A stretch of 64,000 nt of DNA from Candidatus Kaiserbacteria bacterium. GTDB lineage: Bacteria > Patescibacteriota > Minisyncoccia > Phycocordibacterales > Phycocordibacteraceae. Position 1 is the stretch's first letter. Each line of letters begins with the position of its first letter. This document shows, piece after piece, positions 38,453 to 48,243 of this stretch. The position numbers and the translations under genes are program-made. The notes under the pieces were generated by a model. It did not search any database and was not told where the DNA came from. It worked only from the letters and a program-made list of their open reading frames with translations. Location of the stretch: the NCBI GenBank assembly GCA_016217905.1, contig JACRFL010000013.1, forward strand, positions 3,184 through 67,183. Direction: 5' to 3'.

Positions 38453-38475
38453 ACTTGGAGGCCGGGCCTCCAAGT
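38453..38475. repeat. Palindromic element copy C (ACTTGGAGGCC-G-GGCCTCCAAGT), a bidirectional terminator between convergent rnr and smc
   Basis: Perfect 11-bp inverted repeat. It lies exactly between the rnr stop (38446-38448) and the smc stop (38478-38480). Confidence 0.65.
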
Positions 38476-38477
38476 GC

Positions 38478-40688
38478 TTATTTTGCGACGGAGACCGCTT
38501 CGTCGAACTTCACCGAGAGGAGCTTGGAAACGCCGTCGCCGCCCATGGTAACGCCGTAGAGAACGCTCGTGCGGCTCATGGTTTCGCGATTGTGGGTGAT
38601 GACGATGAGTTGCGACTTCTGCGCGAGGTTCTCGATCATGTCGCCGTAGCGGCGGCTGTTCGCCTCGTCCAAGGCGGCATCGGTTTCATCGAGTATAAGA
38701 AATGGCGGCGGGTTCACCTGGCTCATCGCGAAGATGAGCGCGATCGAAGTGAGCGCGCGCTCGCCGCCCGAGAGCTGCATCAAGGAGCGCACCTTTTTCT
38801 TCGGCAGATTGACGGCTATTTCTATGCCGGGACGCTCTTCTTTCTCTGGTTCGTCGCTCGATTCTTCTTCACCATCTTCTAACTCTTCGGGTTCTTCCGG
38901 CTCTTCGAGCGTGAGCCGCGCGCCGCCGCCGCCGAACATAAGCGCGAAGTATTCGCCGAACGATGCGTTCACCTTGGTGAGCCCTTCGGAGAAATGCTTC
39001 GCGAGCTCTGTGTCAAGGTCGTGGATGAGCGAACCGAGACCTGCAGAGGACTTCGCAAGATCCTCAAGCTCGGTCGCAAGAAACGCTTCTCGCTCCGACA
39101 CCTCCTTGTGCTCCTGCCGGATCTCTTCGCCGGTACCACCCGCCTCCTCGAGGCGAATCTTGGTGCGCTCAAGGACGCGCTTACGATCTTCTTGCACTTT
39201 GCGCTCCCCATCGGGCAGTTGTGCAAGAGGCGCATACGAGATGGTCGCCGTGCCAGCGATGGCGAGCGCTTCTCCTTTGTCACGTTCAAGCGACTCGGCG
39301 AGGAGCGTGAGTTCGAACTCGCGCGCCTCGGCCTTGGCTATCTCGCCCTCCTCGCGCGCCTTCGTTTGTGCAAGGTCGAGGATGCGTCGCCTCACTTCGC
39401 GGCCGGTCTCTTCAAGCGCAAGCATCGCTTCGCGGGAGCGCGCACGCGCCGACTCGGCATTCTCGAGCGCCGCCGAGGCGGCCGCATATTTCTCGGCGAG
39501 CGCGCTTCGCTCCTGCTCAAGCTTCAGAGCGGCATTTTCCTCCTCGGAGAAATAGTCGTCTCGGGGCGCGCCGTGCCGGGAGAAGAAGAATCTGACCGCC
39601 GCAGCGATCGCGTCAAGCGCGGCGCGTAACGCCTCGACGCTCCCACCGGCGACGGTCTGAGCCTGCTTCTCGACCTCGTCGCGCAACGCTTCGAGCTCTT
39701 CGCGCGGCACCTTCGCGTACGGCTCACGTGCGACCGCAGAGGCGCGCCGCTTCACCTCCGCGAGCGCGCCCTCGACGCGGCCGATATCGCGCGAGAGCGA
39801 GGCGCGCGCACTCGAGTTCTCGACGACCTCCCGTTCCGCCCTCCGCAGCGCTTCGGCGCGCTGAACCGTCTCATGGTCTGCCGACTTTGGGTCTGCGACC
39901 CGATCGAGCTCGACGCTCACTACCGCAAGGCGTTCGGTCGCGTTTCGCTTCTCTCCAGCAACTTTTATTTTCTCTTGCGCAAGATAGGCGTCCTCGATTG
40001 CAAAGTACGTCTGCGCGAGTCCGACGAGCTCGACGCGGAGCGTATCGGCGCGCTCAAGCTTCTTCACCTGTCCTTCGAGGAATCGCAGATGCGGCGCGAG
40101 CTCGCGCCGCAACGAGTTGACCTGCGCAATATTCTCTTCGGTCTTTTCAAGTTTTTTCTCCGCCTCGCGTTTTTTAAATTCGTAAATCTTTAGTCCAAGC
40201 GCGTCCTCAAGTATCGCGCGGCGGTCGCGGGGAGAGGCGAGCAGTATCCTATCCGCCTCGCCCTGGGAAATGATGTGGTGCCCCGTCTCGCCGATGTTCG
40301 CGCCGGCCAAGAGCTCCTCTATGTCGCGCAGCCGCACGCGCGAGCCGTTAATGGAGTACTCGCTCGCTCCGTCGCGCAGCACGGCGCGCTCGATCGAGAC
40401 TTCGTCGAAGTCGATCTTGAACGTACGCCGGGAATTATCGAATACGATCGTCACAGCCGCGCGATTTGCCCTTGGGACTGTATGGGAACCGCCCCAGATG
40501 AGGTCCTCCGCACGCTTGCCGCGCATGCTCTTCATCGACTGCTCGCCGAGCGCGAAGCGGAACGCCTCGGCGACATTCGATTTGCCTGAGCCGTTCGGGC
40601 CGACGATCGCGGTCGTAGAATTGGAAAAATCCAAAACCGTCTTCTTGGCGAACGACTTAAACCCGACGATCTCCAATCGCTTCAGCAT
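38478..40688 (-). CDS. smc: SMC-family chromosome-partitioning ATPase, unusually short (736 aa)
   Basis: N-terminal Walker A GPNGSGKSN with DLIWGG; C-terminal signature LSGGERALTSIALIFA and Walker B ILDETDAALD. The coiled-coil arms are shortened and no obvious hinge was seen. Confidence 0.75.
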   Translation of the reverse strand: MLKRLEIVGFKSFAKKTVLDFSNSTTAIVGPNGSGKSNVAEAFRFALGEQSMKSMRGKRAEDLIWGGSHTVPRANRAAVTIVFDNSRRTFKIDFDEVSIERAVLRDGASEYSINGSRVRLRDIEELLAGANIGETGHHIISQGEADRILLASPRDRRAILEDALGLKIYEFKKREAEKKLEKTEENIAQVNSLRRELAPHLRFLEGQVKKLERADTLRVELVGLAQTYFAIEDAYLAQEKIKVAGEKRNATERLAVVSVELDRVADPKSADHETVQRAEALRRAEREVVENSSARASLSRDIGRVEGALAEVKRRASAVAREPYAKVPREELEALRDEVEKQAQTVAGGSVEALRAALDAIAAAVRFFFSRHGAPRDDYFSEEENAALKLEQERSALAEKYAAASAALENAESARARSREAMLALEETGREVRRRILDLAQTKAREEGEIAKAEAREFELTLLAESLERDKGEALAIAGTATISYAPLAQLPDGERKVQEDRKRVLERTKIRLEEAGGTGEEIRQEHKEVSEREAFLATELEDLAKSSAGLGSLIHDLDTELAKHFSEGLTKVNASFGEYFALMFGGGGARLTLEEPEEPEELEDGEEESSDEPEKEERPGIEIAVNLPKKKVRSLMQLSGGERALTSIALIFAMSQVNPPPFLILDETDAALDEANSRRYGDMIENLAQKSQLIVITHNRETMSRTSVLYGVTMGGDGVSKLLSVKFDEAVSVAK

Positions 40689-40728
40689 TGTCTCTTTATT
40701 GTATCAAATGAAAAGAGTTGTTTTCTGC

Positions 40729-41418
40729 TTACCAACCCATCTTCTCGAGTGCGTTCTGAGCGGAAGATTGTTCGGCTTCTTGCTTAGAGTTCCCTTCTCC
40801 GCGGGCGATTTCGGAGGAGCCAATGAAGACGCCGACGGTGAAGCGCTTGTCGTGATCGGGCCCGACTTCAGAGAGAGTCTCGTAGGCAGGCGTGATGCCC
40901 CGCTTCTCCTGTGCGCTTTCCTGGAACCTGCTCTTCGCGTCTTGGTAGGAGCGCTTGGCGATAACCTCGTCGATTTTAATGTACACATTCCGCGCGATGA
41001 ATTGTTCGGCCGGCGCGTAGCCCTGATCCAAATAGATTGCGCCGATGACTGCTTCGAACGCATCCGCGAGGATCACATCGCGCGCGCGGCCGGTATCTTT
41101 CGCCTCACCCTTCGAGAGCAGCAAAAAATCATTGATGCCGAGCGCCTGCGCGCGCTCGGCCAAGGAGACGGTGTTTACGAGCGCGGCGCGATACGCCGTG
41201 AGCTCCCCTTCGGGCTTCTCGGGGAATTTTTTAAAAAGAAAATCAGTAGTGGCGAGCTCAAGCACCGCATCACCGAGAAACTCGAGCCGCTCGTTGTGAG
41301 ACCCCGTGTATTCGCGGTGCTCGTTGAGGTAGGAGCGGTGCGTCAGGGCCTCGATAAGAAGGTCGAGGCTGTTGAAGGAGAGACCGAGTCGTGCTGCGAA
41401 AACGTTGAAATCAGGCAT
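40729..41418 (-). CDS. rnc: Ribonuclease III
   Basis: RNase III signature ERLEFLGDAVLE and a C-terminal dsRBD. Start taken at MPDFNV. Confidence 0.85.
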   Translation of the reverse strand: MPDFNVFAARLGLSFNSLDLLIEALTHRSYLNEHREYTGSHNERLEFLGDAVLELATTDFLFKKFPEKPEGELTAYRAALVNTVSLAERAQALGINDFLLLSKGEAKDTGRARDVILADAFEAVIGAIYLDQGYAPAEQFIARNVYIKIDEVIAKRSYQDAKSRFQESAQEKRGITPAYETLSEVGPDHDKRFTVGVFIGSSEIARGEGNSKQEAEQSSAQNALEKMGW

Positions 41419-42328
41419 GAAGTTGCGTCTCACGTGCGGCGCCGGCGTGGTCGAGGAGTTTCTGGACGGCGACAGTGACGATGGGGAGCATATCATCGTA
41501 GAAATTGAGATCAATGATGTCCTGGAGCCGGAACCATTTCGCGTCGTCGAGCCCGCCGCTCTTCTTCAGCTGAAGCGGCTCGAAGTTGCTCGACGCGAGG
41601 AAGAACCAGACGTGCTTCCTGACCTTCCCTTTCTCCGGGTGCGAAGCGACGTATTCGTTCTCGCCGACCTGTGCGCCCACGGAAGCGGTGAGACCGAGTT
41701 CTTCCTTGATGACGCGCGCGACGCCCGTCTGCGGCGTCGCGTCCTCTTCGATGTGGCCCTTCGAGAGCGTCCAGTGGCCGAAGACGTCGTGCACGAGCGC
41801 GAGGTAATACTGTCCCTCGTGCTTGGCATACACGATGGCGCCGCCCATTTTCTCAAGCGGCAATTCTTCGCGCTTTACTTTCTTTCCTCCGTGCTCGTTC
41901 TTGCCGGGTTCGCCGAGCTCCTTGTAGACCGCGCCGAGGACTCCGTTAACGAACCGGCCGCTCGAGTCGCCGCCGAAGGTCTTCGCGAGCTCGATGGCTT
42001 CGTTGATAGCGACTTTTGCGGGTACCTGTGTGCGATCGGCGAAGAGGAGTTCGTGGAGCCCGAGGCGGAGGATGTTGCGGTCAATGGGTGCGATGCGCTC
42101 CAAAGGCCACTCGGGAGCGGCTTTTTCGATGACGAGATCGATGTCGCTTTTCTTGGTGAGGACGCCCGAGAGAAGGCCATTCATGAACGATTGGTCGACA
42201 TCGCCGCTGCCGAACTCCTCGACATTGCGCGCGAGGATCGCGAACGTGTCCTTCTCGGACGCATGCATGGTGTCCCACTCAAAGAGTGTTTGAAGGACAA
42301 TGGAACGCGCGAGGTGTCGATTCGCCAT
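41411..42328 (-). CDS. nusB: NusB antitermination factor fused to a C-terminal Nudix hydrolase domain
   Basis: The N-terminal about 140 aa match NusB closely (VPAKVAINEAIELAKTFGGDSSGRFVNGVL). The C-terminal about 160 aa carry a Nudix box GHIEEDATPQTGVARVIKEELGL. Start taken at MANRHLARS. Confidence 0.7.
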   Translation of the reverse strand: MANRHLARSIVLQTLFEWDTMHASEKDTFAILARNVEEFGSGDVDQSFMNGLLSGVLTKKSDIDLVIEKAAPEWPLERIAPIDRNILRLGLHELLFADRTQVPAKVAINEAIELAKTFGGDSSGRFVNGVLGAVYKELGEPGKNEHGGKKVKREELPLEKMGGAIVYAKHEGQYYLALVHDVFGHWTLSKGHIEEDATPQTGVARVIKEELGLTASVGAQVGENEYVASHPEKGKVRKHVWFFLASSNFEPLQLKKSGGLDDAKWFRLQDIIDLNFYDDMLPIVTVAVQKLLDHAGAARETQLHA

Positions 42329-42378
42329 GTTAAAGATCTGTGCTCGTAGTATAGCAAACAACGCGGCCGCGTGGATTG

Positions 42379-42407
42379 CCAACTTGGAGGTCCGGCCTCC
42401 AAGTTGG
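42379..42407. repeat. Palindromic element copy D (CCAACTTGGAGG-tccgg-CCTCCAAGTTGG) between rpmF and nusB-Nudix
   Basis: 12-bp perfect arms with a 5-nt centre. It sits in the 45-nt gap after the rpmF stop. Confidence 0.65.
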
Positions 42408-42408
42408 A

Positions 42409-42762
42409 TTATGCGCCGCCGCCGAAGCCGCTACGCGCCTTGGGGCGGCCGCCGGTCGCGAGCTTTCCGAAAATTCCTTTCGAGCTTTTTGCGTCGGCAT
42501 TCGCGTGCTCCTCGTGCGCGTGTTCATGAGCATGCTTTGCTTCGGGCGAGGTCGAAGGGCCTTTCACCTTTTCTTTTGAAACACGCGTCCCGCGGGCTGG
42601 TGCGATCTGCTTGCCGCGGTACATTCCCGTCGCTTCGTCGAGGCGGTGCGGGAGGCGTGCGTTGCCGCTCTCTTTATCATTCACGATATTCGTGTTCTTG
42701 AGCGCGTGGTGTGACCGGCGATTGCTGGTGTGGCCTCTGGTGTGGCGCATGCGAATTGACAT
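42409..42762 (-). CDS. rpmF: 50S ribosomal protein L32 with a His/Ala/Lys/Gly-rich C-terminal extension
   Basis: [22 protein letters not shown]...YRGKQI matches the L32 RRSHxAL signature. Start taken at the internal Met of the reported ORF. Confidence 0.65.
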   Translation of the reverse strand: MSIRMRHTRGHTSNRRSHHALKNTNIVNDKESGNARLPHRLDEATGMYRGKQIAPARGTRVSKEKVKGPSTSPEAKHAHEHAHEEHANADAKSSKGIFGKLATGGRPKARSGFGGGA

Positions 42763-42839
42763 AGGCACCACCCTATCATGCCGCGGATAAAAAATCAAAA
42801 CGTCGCCTATAGGGCGACGTTTGCTAATCTGGGAGTCCG

Positions 42840-43133
42840 CTAAGTGGCGGCCTCGGTTTTCCTGCAGGCACAGGTCTGCGCCTCCGCAGCGGAAACTGCG
42901 GCGCGCTGAATCCCGCAACACACCGTAAACTTACTGATGCCCTTTCTGTCAATTGCCGTCGGGCCGATGCAGCCGACGCAATTCTTAAAACCGAAAGTTC
43001 TCAATGCATCGGGCGTTGGTTTGACCGTCCCATTTTCATTTATGTGGAACTCTTGTAGGCGGTCACGTTGGCCGCTAAGCGACCCTTCTTGTTGCAGCAT
43101 ATCTTCTCCTTGAAAGATCTCGTTCTTGCCCAA
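42840..43133 (-). CDS. Hypothetical small Cys-rich protein (7 Cys: NCVGC...CCG...CAC)
   Basis: ORF in the operon orientation between rnhB and rpmF. No family recognised and the start is uncertain. Confidence 0.3.
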   Translation of the reverse strand: MGKNEIFQGEDMLQQEGSLSGQRDRLQEFHINENGTVKPTPDALRTFGFKNCVGCIGPTAIDRKGISKFTVCCGIQRAAVSAAEAQTCACRKTEAAT

Positions 43134-43165
43134 CCCCCATGGCTGGACAAGCGACTACCATATCC

Positions 43166-43765
43166 TTATTCCCGAATGGAATCAAGATGCAGGAAGGAAC
43201 GGCGGTGGATAACGCAGGGGCCGTATTTTTCAAGTGCTTCGTAATGCGCGCGGGTACCGTAGCCCTTGTGCTTCTCAAAACCGTAGAGCGGGTACTCTGC
43301 CGACAGCCGGACCATGAGCCGGTCGCGGCTGACCTTCGCCGCAATAGAGGCGAGTGAGATAAGCGGAACGAGCTCGTCGCCGCCCACGATAGTTTCTTGC
43401 GCATATTCAGGCGGCGCCTTGAGTGCCCCGTCCAGCAGAATACGGAAGTCAGACTTCCGTACTTCTCCTACGAGAACACGTACGCCGCGGAAGAGCGCGC
43501 GACGCACGGCTGTTACGATTCCTTCCCTGTCGATTATTCCGGCGCTCTCGAACTCGACCGTAAAGCGCGCGTCGCCCAGGGCGACGCGCGCTTCGAGCAT
43601 CCGGTAAATCGCCTCCCTTTTCTTTTCTGAAAGTTTTTTCGAGTCCCTGACGCCCGGGAACTCGCCCGCCACATCGAACCCTTCCGGCATCGCGACCACG
43701 CCGACCGCCAAGGGTCCCGCCAAGGGTCCCCGCCCCGCTTCATCCACCCCGAGCAAGAATCGCAT
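43166..43765 (-). CDS. rnhB: Ribonuclease HII
   Basis: N-terminal GVDEAGRGPLAGP catalytic motif and the conserved DSK and HxxSxxS-like regions. Confidence 0.85.
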   Translation of the reverse strand: MRFLLGVDEAGRGPLAGPLAVGVVAMPEGFDVAGEFPGVRDSKKLSEKKREAIYRMLEARVALGDARFTVEFESAGIIDREGIVTAVRRALFRGVRVLVGEVRKSDFRILLDGALKAPPEYAQETIVGGDELVPLISLASIAAKVSRDRLMVRLSAEYPLYGFEKHKGYGTRAHYEALEKYGPCVIHRRSFLHLDSIRE

Positions 43766-43785
43766 ACAGAAAGTATACTAGTCCC

Positions 43786-46700
43786 ATGGCCTCGCGCTTC
43801 ATCCACCTGCATACGCACAGCCACTACAGCTTTCTCCAGGCGTTACCGAAAGTTGACGAGCTGGTGGAGAAAGCGAAAAAGGAGGGCATGGATGCGCTCG
43901 CGCTCACCGACGCGGGTAACATGCACGGCGCGATAGAGTTCTACAAAGCGGCGAAAGCGGCCGGCGTAAAGCCCATTCTCGGAGTCGACGCGTATCTCGC
44001 TCCGCGCTCGCGGCACGACCGAGACCACGCCCTCGACGCGAAGCGCTCACGCCTCGTCCTTCTCGCAGAAAACAACGAAGGTTACGCGAACCTCCTCGCG
44101 CTTGTGACGAAGTCGTGGACGGAGGGGTTCTTCGAGCGTCCGCGCCTCGACAAGGAGCTTCTGCGCGAATATTCGCGCGGCATCATCGCGCTTCTGCCCT
44201 CGTTCGCGGGCGACATCGCGCAGTGTTTGCGCGCCGGAGACGCTGACGGCGCCGCAGCCGCGCTCGCCGAATTCAAAAATATCTTCGGCGCCGGGAACGT
44301 CTTTTTGGAAATTACGCACCATCCGAAAGTCGAGGGACATGAAGCGCTCATGCAAAAAATCGTTGCGCTCGGGCAGACGAGCGGTACGCCGCTCGTCGCC
44401 CAGCACGACGTGTACTATCTGGAGACCTCCGACCGCGAAGCGACCGAGATTATGCGCCGCATCCAGCACGGCGCACACGGCAGGAATGAGGACGAGGATT
44501 TCTCCTTTATTGGCGAAAAAGCCGCGGAGAAAATTTTTAAGGATACTCCCGACGCGATCGACAATTCGCGGAAGATCGCAGACCGCTGTTCCGTCTCTTT
44601 TGACCTCGGGAAATGGACCTTCCCCGCCGTGCCGGTGTCGCCCGGTTTTAAAAACCACGACGAAGAGCTCCGAGCGAAGGCGTACGCCGGCATCGCGACA
44701 CGGAAACTCGAAGAAACAAAAGAGGTTACCGACCGCATCGAATACGAATTGAATATCATTATCGGCAAAGATTTTGCGGTGTATTACCTCATCGTCGCGG
44801 ACCTGCTCGCGTTCGCGCGGCGCGAAGGCATCCTCACCACCACACGCGGGAGCGCTGCCGGAAGCCTCGTCGCGTATCTCATCGGCATCACGAACGTGAA
44901 TCCGCTTTTCTACAAGCTCCCCTTCGAACGGTTCCTCAATCCGGAGCGCCCGAAAGCGCCGGACATCGACATGGACATGGCCGACAACCGCCGCGACGAG
45001 ATGGTCGCGTACACGAAGCGGAAATACGGCGAAGACCACGTCGCACAGATAGGAACCTTCGGCACGATGATGGCGAGGGCGGCGGTGCGCGATGTCGCGC
45101 GCGCTCTCGGCCACGCCTATAGCGCCGGCGACCGCATCGCAAAGCTCATTCCGATGGGTTCTCAGGGTTTCCCGATGACCATCGACCGCGCGCTCGAGCT
45201 CGAGTCGGATCTGAAAGCGCTCTACGATGAGGACGACGAGTCGCGGGAAATACTCGACCTCGCAAAGCGCATTGAGGGCTGCGTGCGGCACGTGGGAGTG
45301 CATGCGGCGGGCGTCGTGGTCGCGCCGACCCCGCTTATCGAGTGGACGCCTATCCAGCCCGACCCGAAGGGTACCGGCAAGCTCATTACGCAATACGACA
45401 TGTACTCCATTACTGACGAGTACGGCGGTGTCGGGCTCCTGAAATTCGATTTCCTCGGCATCAAGAACCTTGCCATCCTCGCCGACGCGGTTGCACGCGT
45501 GAAAGAGACGCGCGGTATTGAGATCGATATCGAAAATGTTCCTATCGACGATGGTAAAACGTATCAGATGCTCGCTCGCGGTGAGACGGAGGGGACCTTC
45601 CAGCTAAACGGCTCCGGCATGACCCGCTGGCTGAAGGAGCTGTGCCCCACGACCATCCACGACATCAACGCGATGGTCGCGCTCTATCGCCCGGGGCCGA
45701 TGGAGACGATTCCGCAATACATTGAACGAAAGCACAATCCCAAGCTCGTCCGCTACGCGGACGAGCGCATGAAGGAGTATCTTGACTTCTCCTACGGCCT
45801 CCTCGTCTACCAAGATGACGTGCTCCTTACCGCCATCAAGCTCGCCGGCTATTCCTGGCTCGAGGCGGACCAGCTTCGCAAAGCGATGGGGAAAAAAATC
45901 CCGAAAGTCATGCAGGCGGAAAAACAGAAACTGACCCGGGGGTTCATCGGATACGGAAAACTTTCGGAGAGCATGGCGGAAAAACTCTGGAAGCTCATTG
46001 AGCCGTTCGCCGCGTACGGCTTCAACAAGGCACACGCAGCTTCATACGGCAAGGTCGCCTATCAAACGGCGTATATGAAAGCGAATTATCCGGTGGAGTA
46101 TCTCGCCGCACTCCTGACCGCCGACTCGGGCGACACCGACTCCATCGCCATTTTCGTCGCTGAAGCCAAGCGCATGGGTATCCCCGTATTTCCCCCGGAC
46201 GTGAACGAAAGCGGAACGGCATTTACCGTTGTCGGCGCGGATAGAGACGCGATCCGCTTCGGTTTGTCGTCCATTAAGAACTTCGGTGACGGCATCTCGG
46301 AGGCGATCATCGCCGAACGGAAGAAGCGCGGCCCTTTTGCTTCCCTCTCCGATTTCCTCTCTAGCGTCGGCTCGAGAAACCTGAACCGAAAATCGCTTGA
46401 GTCCTTGATCAAATGCGGAGCGCTTGACTCTCTAAACTCCTCACGCGACGGACGCGGCACCTTGCTCGACGGCATCGAAACCCTTCTCGCCTTTCATAAA
46501 GAGGCGACCGTGGTGGCGCCGCAAGATTCCCTTTTCGGCTCGCTCAACTTGGCGCCTTCGCTTACGCTTCCGGAAGGCAAGCCGACCTCGCTCTTTGACA
46601 AGCTCGCCTGGGAAAAGGAATTGCTCGGTATTTACGTAAGCGGCCACCCGCTTGATGCGCATGAAGCCATCGTCAAAAAATCTGCCTTTTCCGTTAAAAA

Positions 46701-46968
46701 AATAAAAGAAGAACCGCAGCCAGGAATGCTTCTCATCCTGCCCGTGCTCGTCTCAATCGTGCGCGCTCTTCTTACTAAGAGCGGCGAAAAGATGGCGTTC
46801 GTCACGATGGAAGACACCACAGACTCCATTGAAGCGGTCGTCTTCCCGAAACTTTTTAAAGAACATGCGGGCGTCATCGTGCCCGGAACATGTCTCCTTG
46901 TGAAAGGGAAAGTTTCGGTCCGAAACGGCGAACCCTCGCTCGCGATAGAAGAGCTCAAGCCGCTGTGA
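43786..46968 (+). CDS. dnaE: DNA polymerase III alpha subunit
   Basis: N-terminal PHP domain (HLHTHSHYS), polymerase core and OB fold; 1060 aa. Confidence 0.95.
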   Translation: MASRFIHLHTHSHYSFLQALPKVDELVEKAKKEGMDALALTDAGNMHGAIEFYKAAKAAGVKPILGVDAYLAPRSRHDRDHALDAKRSRLVLLAENNEGYANLLALVTKSWTEGFFERPRLDKELLREYSRGIIALLPSFAGDIAQCLRAGDADGAAAALAEFKNIFGAGNVFLEITHHPKVEGHEALMQKIVALGQTSGTPLVAQHDVYYLETSDREATEIMRRIQHGAHGRNEDEDFSFIGEKAAEKIFKDTPDAIDNSRKIADRCSVSFDLGKWTFPAVPVSPGFKNHDEELRAKAYAGIATRKLEETKEVTDRIEYELNIIIGKDFAVYYLIVADLLAFARREGILTTTRGSAAGSLVAYLIGITNVNPLFYKLPFERFLNPERPKAPDIDMDMADNRRDEMVAYTKRKYGEDHVAQIGTFGTMMARAAVRDVARALGHAYSAGDRIAKLIPMGSQGFPMTIDRALELESDLKALYDEDDESREILDLAKRIEGCVRHVGVHAAGVVVAPTPLIEWTPIQPDPKGTGKLITQYDMYSITDEYGGVGLLKFDFLGIKNLAILADAVARVKETRGIEIDIENVPIDDGKTYQMLARGETEGTFQLNGSGMTRWLKELCPTTIHDINAMVALYRPGPMETIPQYIERKHNPKLVRYADERMKEYLDFSYGLLVYQDDVLLTAIKLAGYSWLEADQLRKAMGKKIPKVMQAEKQKLTRGFIGYGKLSESMAEKLWKLIEPFAAYGFNKAHAASYGKVAYQTAYMKANYPVEYLAALLTADSGDTDSIAIFVAEAKRMGIPVFPPDVNESGTAFTVVGADRDAIRFGLSSIKNFGDGISEAIIAERKKRGPFASLSDFLSSVGSRNLNRKSLESLIKCGALDSLNSSRDGRGTLLDGIETLLAFHKEATVVAPQDSLFGSLNLAPSLTLPEGKPTSLFDKLAWEKELLGIYVSGHPLDAHEAIVKKSAFSVKKIKEEPQPGMLLILPVLVSIVRALLTKSGEKMAFVTMEDTTDSIEAVVFPKLFKEHAGVIVPGTCLLVKGKVSVRNGEPSLAIEELKPL

Positions 46969-46982
46969 TATATTCCACAGAT

Positions 46983-48224
46983 ATGGATATGCCTGCGGAG
47001 AAAGAACGCGATCATAAGAAGCTCGGCAAAGAGCTTGACCTCTTCACCTTCTCGGACTCGGTCGGCAAAGGACTTCCTCTTTTCACCCCCAAGGGCTCGG
47101 TTGTTCGCCGCGAACTTGAACGTTTTATTGTTGACGAAGAGATTCGACGCGGCTACCTCCACGTGTACACGCCCGATATCGCGAAAATTGATTTGTATAA
47201 AAAAAGTGGTCACTATCCGCACTACAAGGATTCTATGTACGCGCCTATTGAAATAGACAAGGAACAATTTATGCTCCGTCCGATGACTTGTCCGCATCAC
47301 TTTGAACTCTACCTGCGCAAGCCGGTGAGCTATCGTGAGTTGCCGATGCGCATTGCCGAGCTCGCGAAACTGTATCGTTACGAACAGTCCGGCGAAATTA
47401 TGGGGCTGCAACGAGTTCGCACTTTCTGTCTGGCCGATGCACATATTATTTGCGCAAACGAAGAACAGGCCGTGGATGAAATCAGCGGGGCGCTTGACCT
47501 CATTGAATACGTCACTTCCGTATTCGATCTCGCGCTTGACGTGGATTACCGTTATCGCCTTTCGCTCGGCGATCGCGCGAACACAGAAAAATATTATGCA
47601 AATGACGACGGCTGGGAGAAAGCGGAGGACCTTCTGCGAAAGCTGATGCAAAAGCGCGGTTCAAAATTTGAAGAAGCGAAGGATGAGGCCGCCTTCTATG
47701 GACCGAAAATTGATATTCAAATGAAAAATGTGAACGGAAAAGAAGATACTGCCTTTACCGTGCAGTACGACTTTTGCATGCCGGAGCGATTTGACCTTTC
47801 ATACATCGGCGAGGATGGTGAAAAGCATCGTGCGTTTGTTGTGCATCGCTCCTCTATCGGTGCCATTGAACGTATTATGGCGTTCCTCATAGAGAAATAT
47901 GCGGGTGCCTTCCCGCTCTGGCTTGCGCCCGTGCAGGCCACAGTGTTGAGCGTGTCGGAGAAACATGCGGCGTATGCGCGGGAAGTCGCCAATGCGCTTA
48001 GGGCAGAGAACATCCGTGCGAACGTAGACGACACGAACGAATCGCTTGGGAAAAAGATACGCAACGCGAAGACGGAAAAAATTCCCTACTCGCTTGTCGT
48101 CGGCGATGCCGAAGTCGCCGCAAAGACAGTTTCGGTCGACAGCCGCGACCACGGAAAGCTCGGCGCGACTTCCCTGTCTGATTTCATTGCAAAAGCGGTT
48201 GAAGAAATAAGAGATCGAAAATAA
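46983..48224 (+). CDS. thrS: Threonyl-tRNA synthetase, minimal form with catalytic and anticodon-binding domains only
   Basis: Class II motifs (FMLRPMTCPHHFELY, RVRTFCLADAHI and others) and a C-terminal anticodon-binding domain. The N-terminal TGS/editing domains are absent. Start ATG at 46983. Confidence 0.85.
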   Translation: MDMPAEKERDHKKLGKELDLFTFSDSVGKGLPLFTPKGSVVRRELERFIVDEEIRRGYLHVYTPDIAKIDLYKKSGHYPHYKDSMYAPIEIDKEQFMLRPMTCPHHFELYLRKPVSYRELPMRIAELAKLYRYEQSGEIMGLQRVRTFCLADAHIICANEEQAVDEISGALDLIEYVTSVFDLALDVDYRYRLSLGDRANTEKYYANDDGWEKAEDLLRKLMQKRGSKFEEAKDEAAFYGPKIDIQMKNVNGKEDTAFTVQYDFCMPERFDLSYIGEDGEKHRAFVVHRSSIGAIERIMAFLIEKYAGAFPLWLAPVQATVLSVSEKHAAYAREVANALRAENIRANVDDTNESLGKKIRNAKTEKIPYSLVVGDAEVAAKTVSVDSRDHGKLGATSLSDFIAKAVEEIRDRK

Positions 48225-48226
48225 GG

Positions 48227-48241
48227 AAGTCTGACTTCCCT
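48227..48241. terminator. Short bidirectional hairpin (GGAAGT-ctg-ACTTCC) between convergent thrS and the surface-protein gene
   Basis: Seen directly in the 19-nt gap between two stop codons. Weak because the stem is only 6 bp. Confidence 0.3.
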
Positions 48242-48243
48242 AC

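Noticed and set aside
43690-43716. Direct repeat GCCAAGGGTCCCGCCAAGGGTCCCC inside rnhB.
   Set aside because: It is a 12-nt tandem duplication encoding GPLAGPLA at the RNase HII N-terminal catalytic motif, in-frame. Likely a trivial slippage duplication, not a repeat element.
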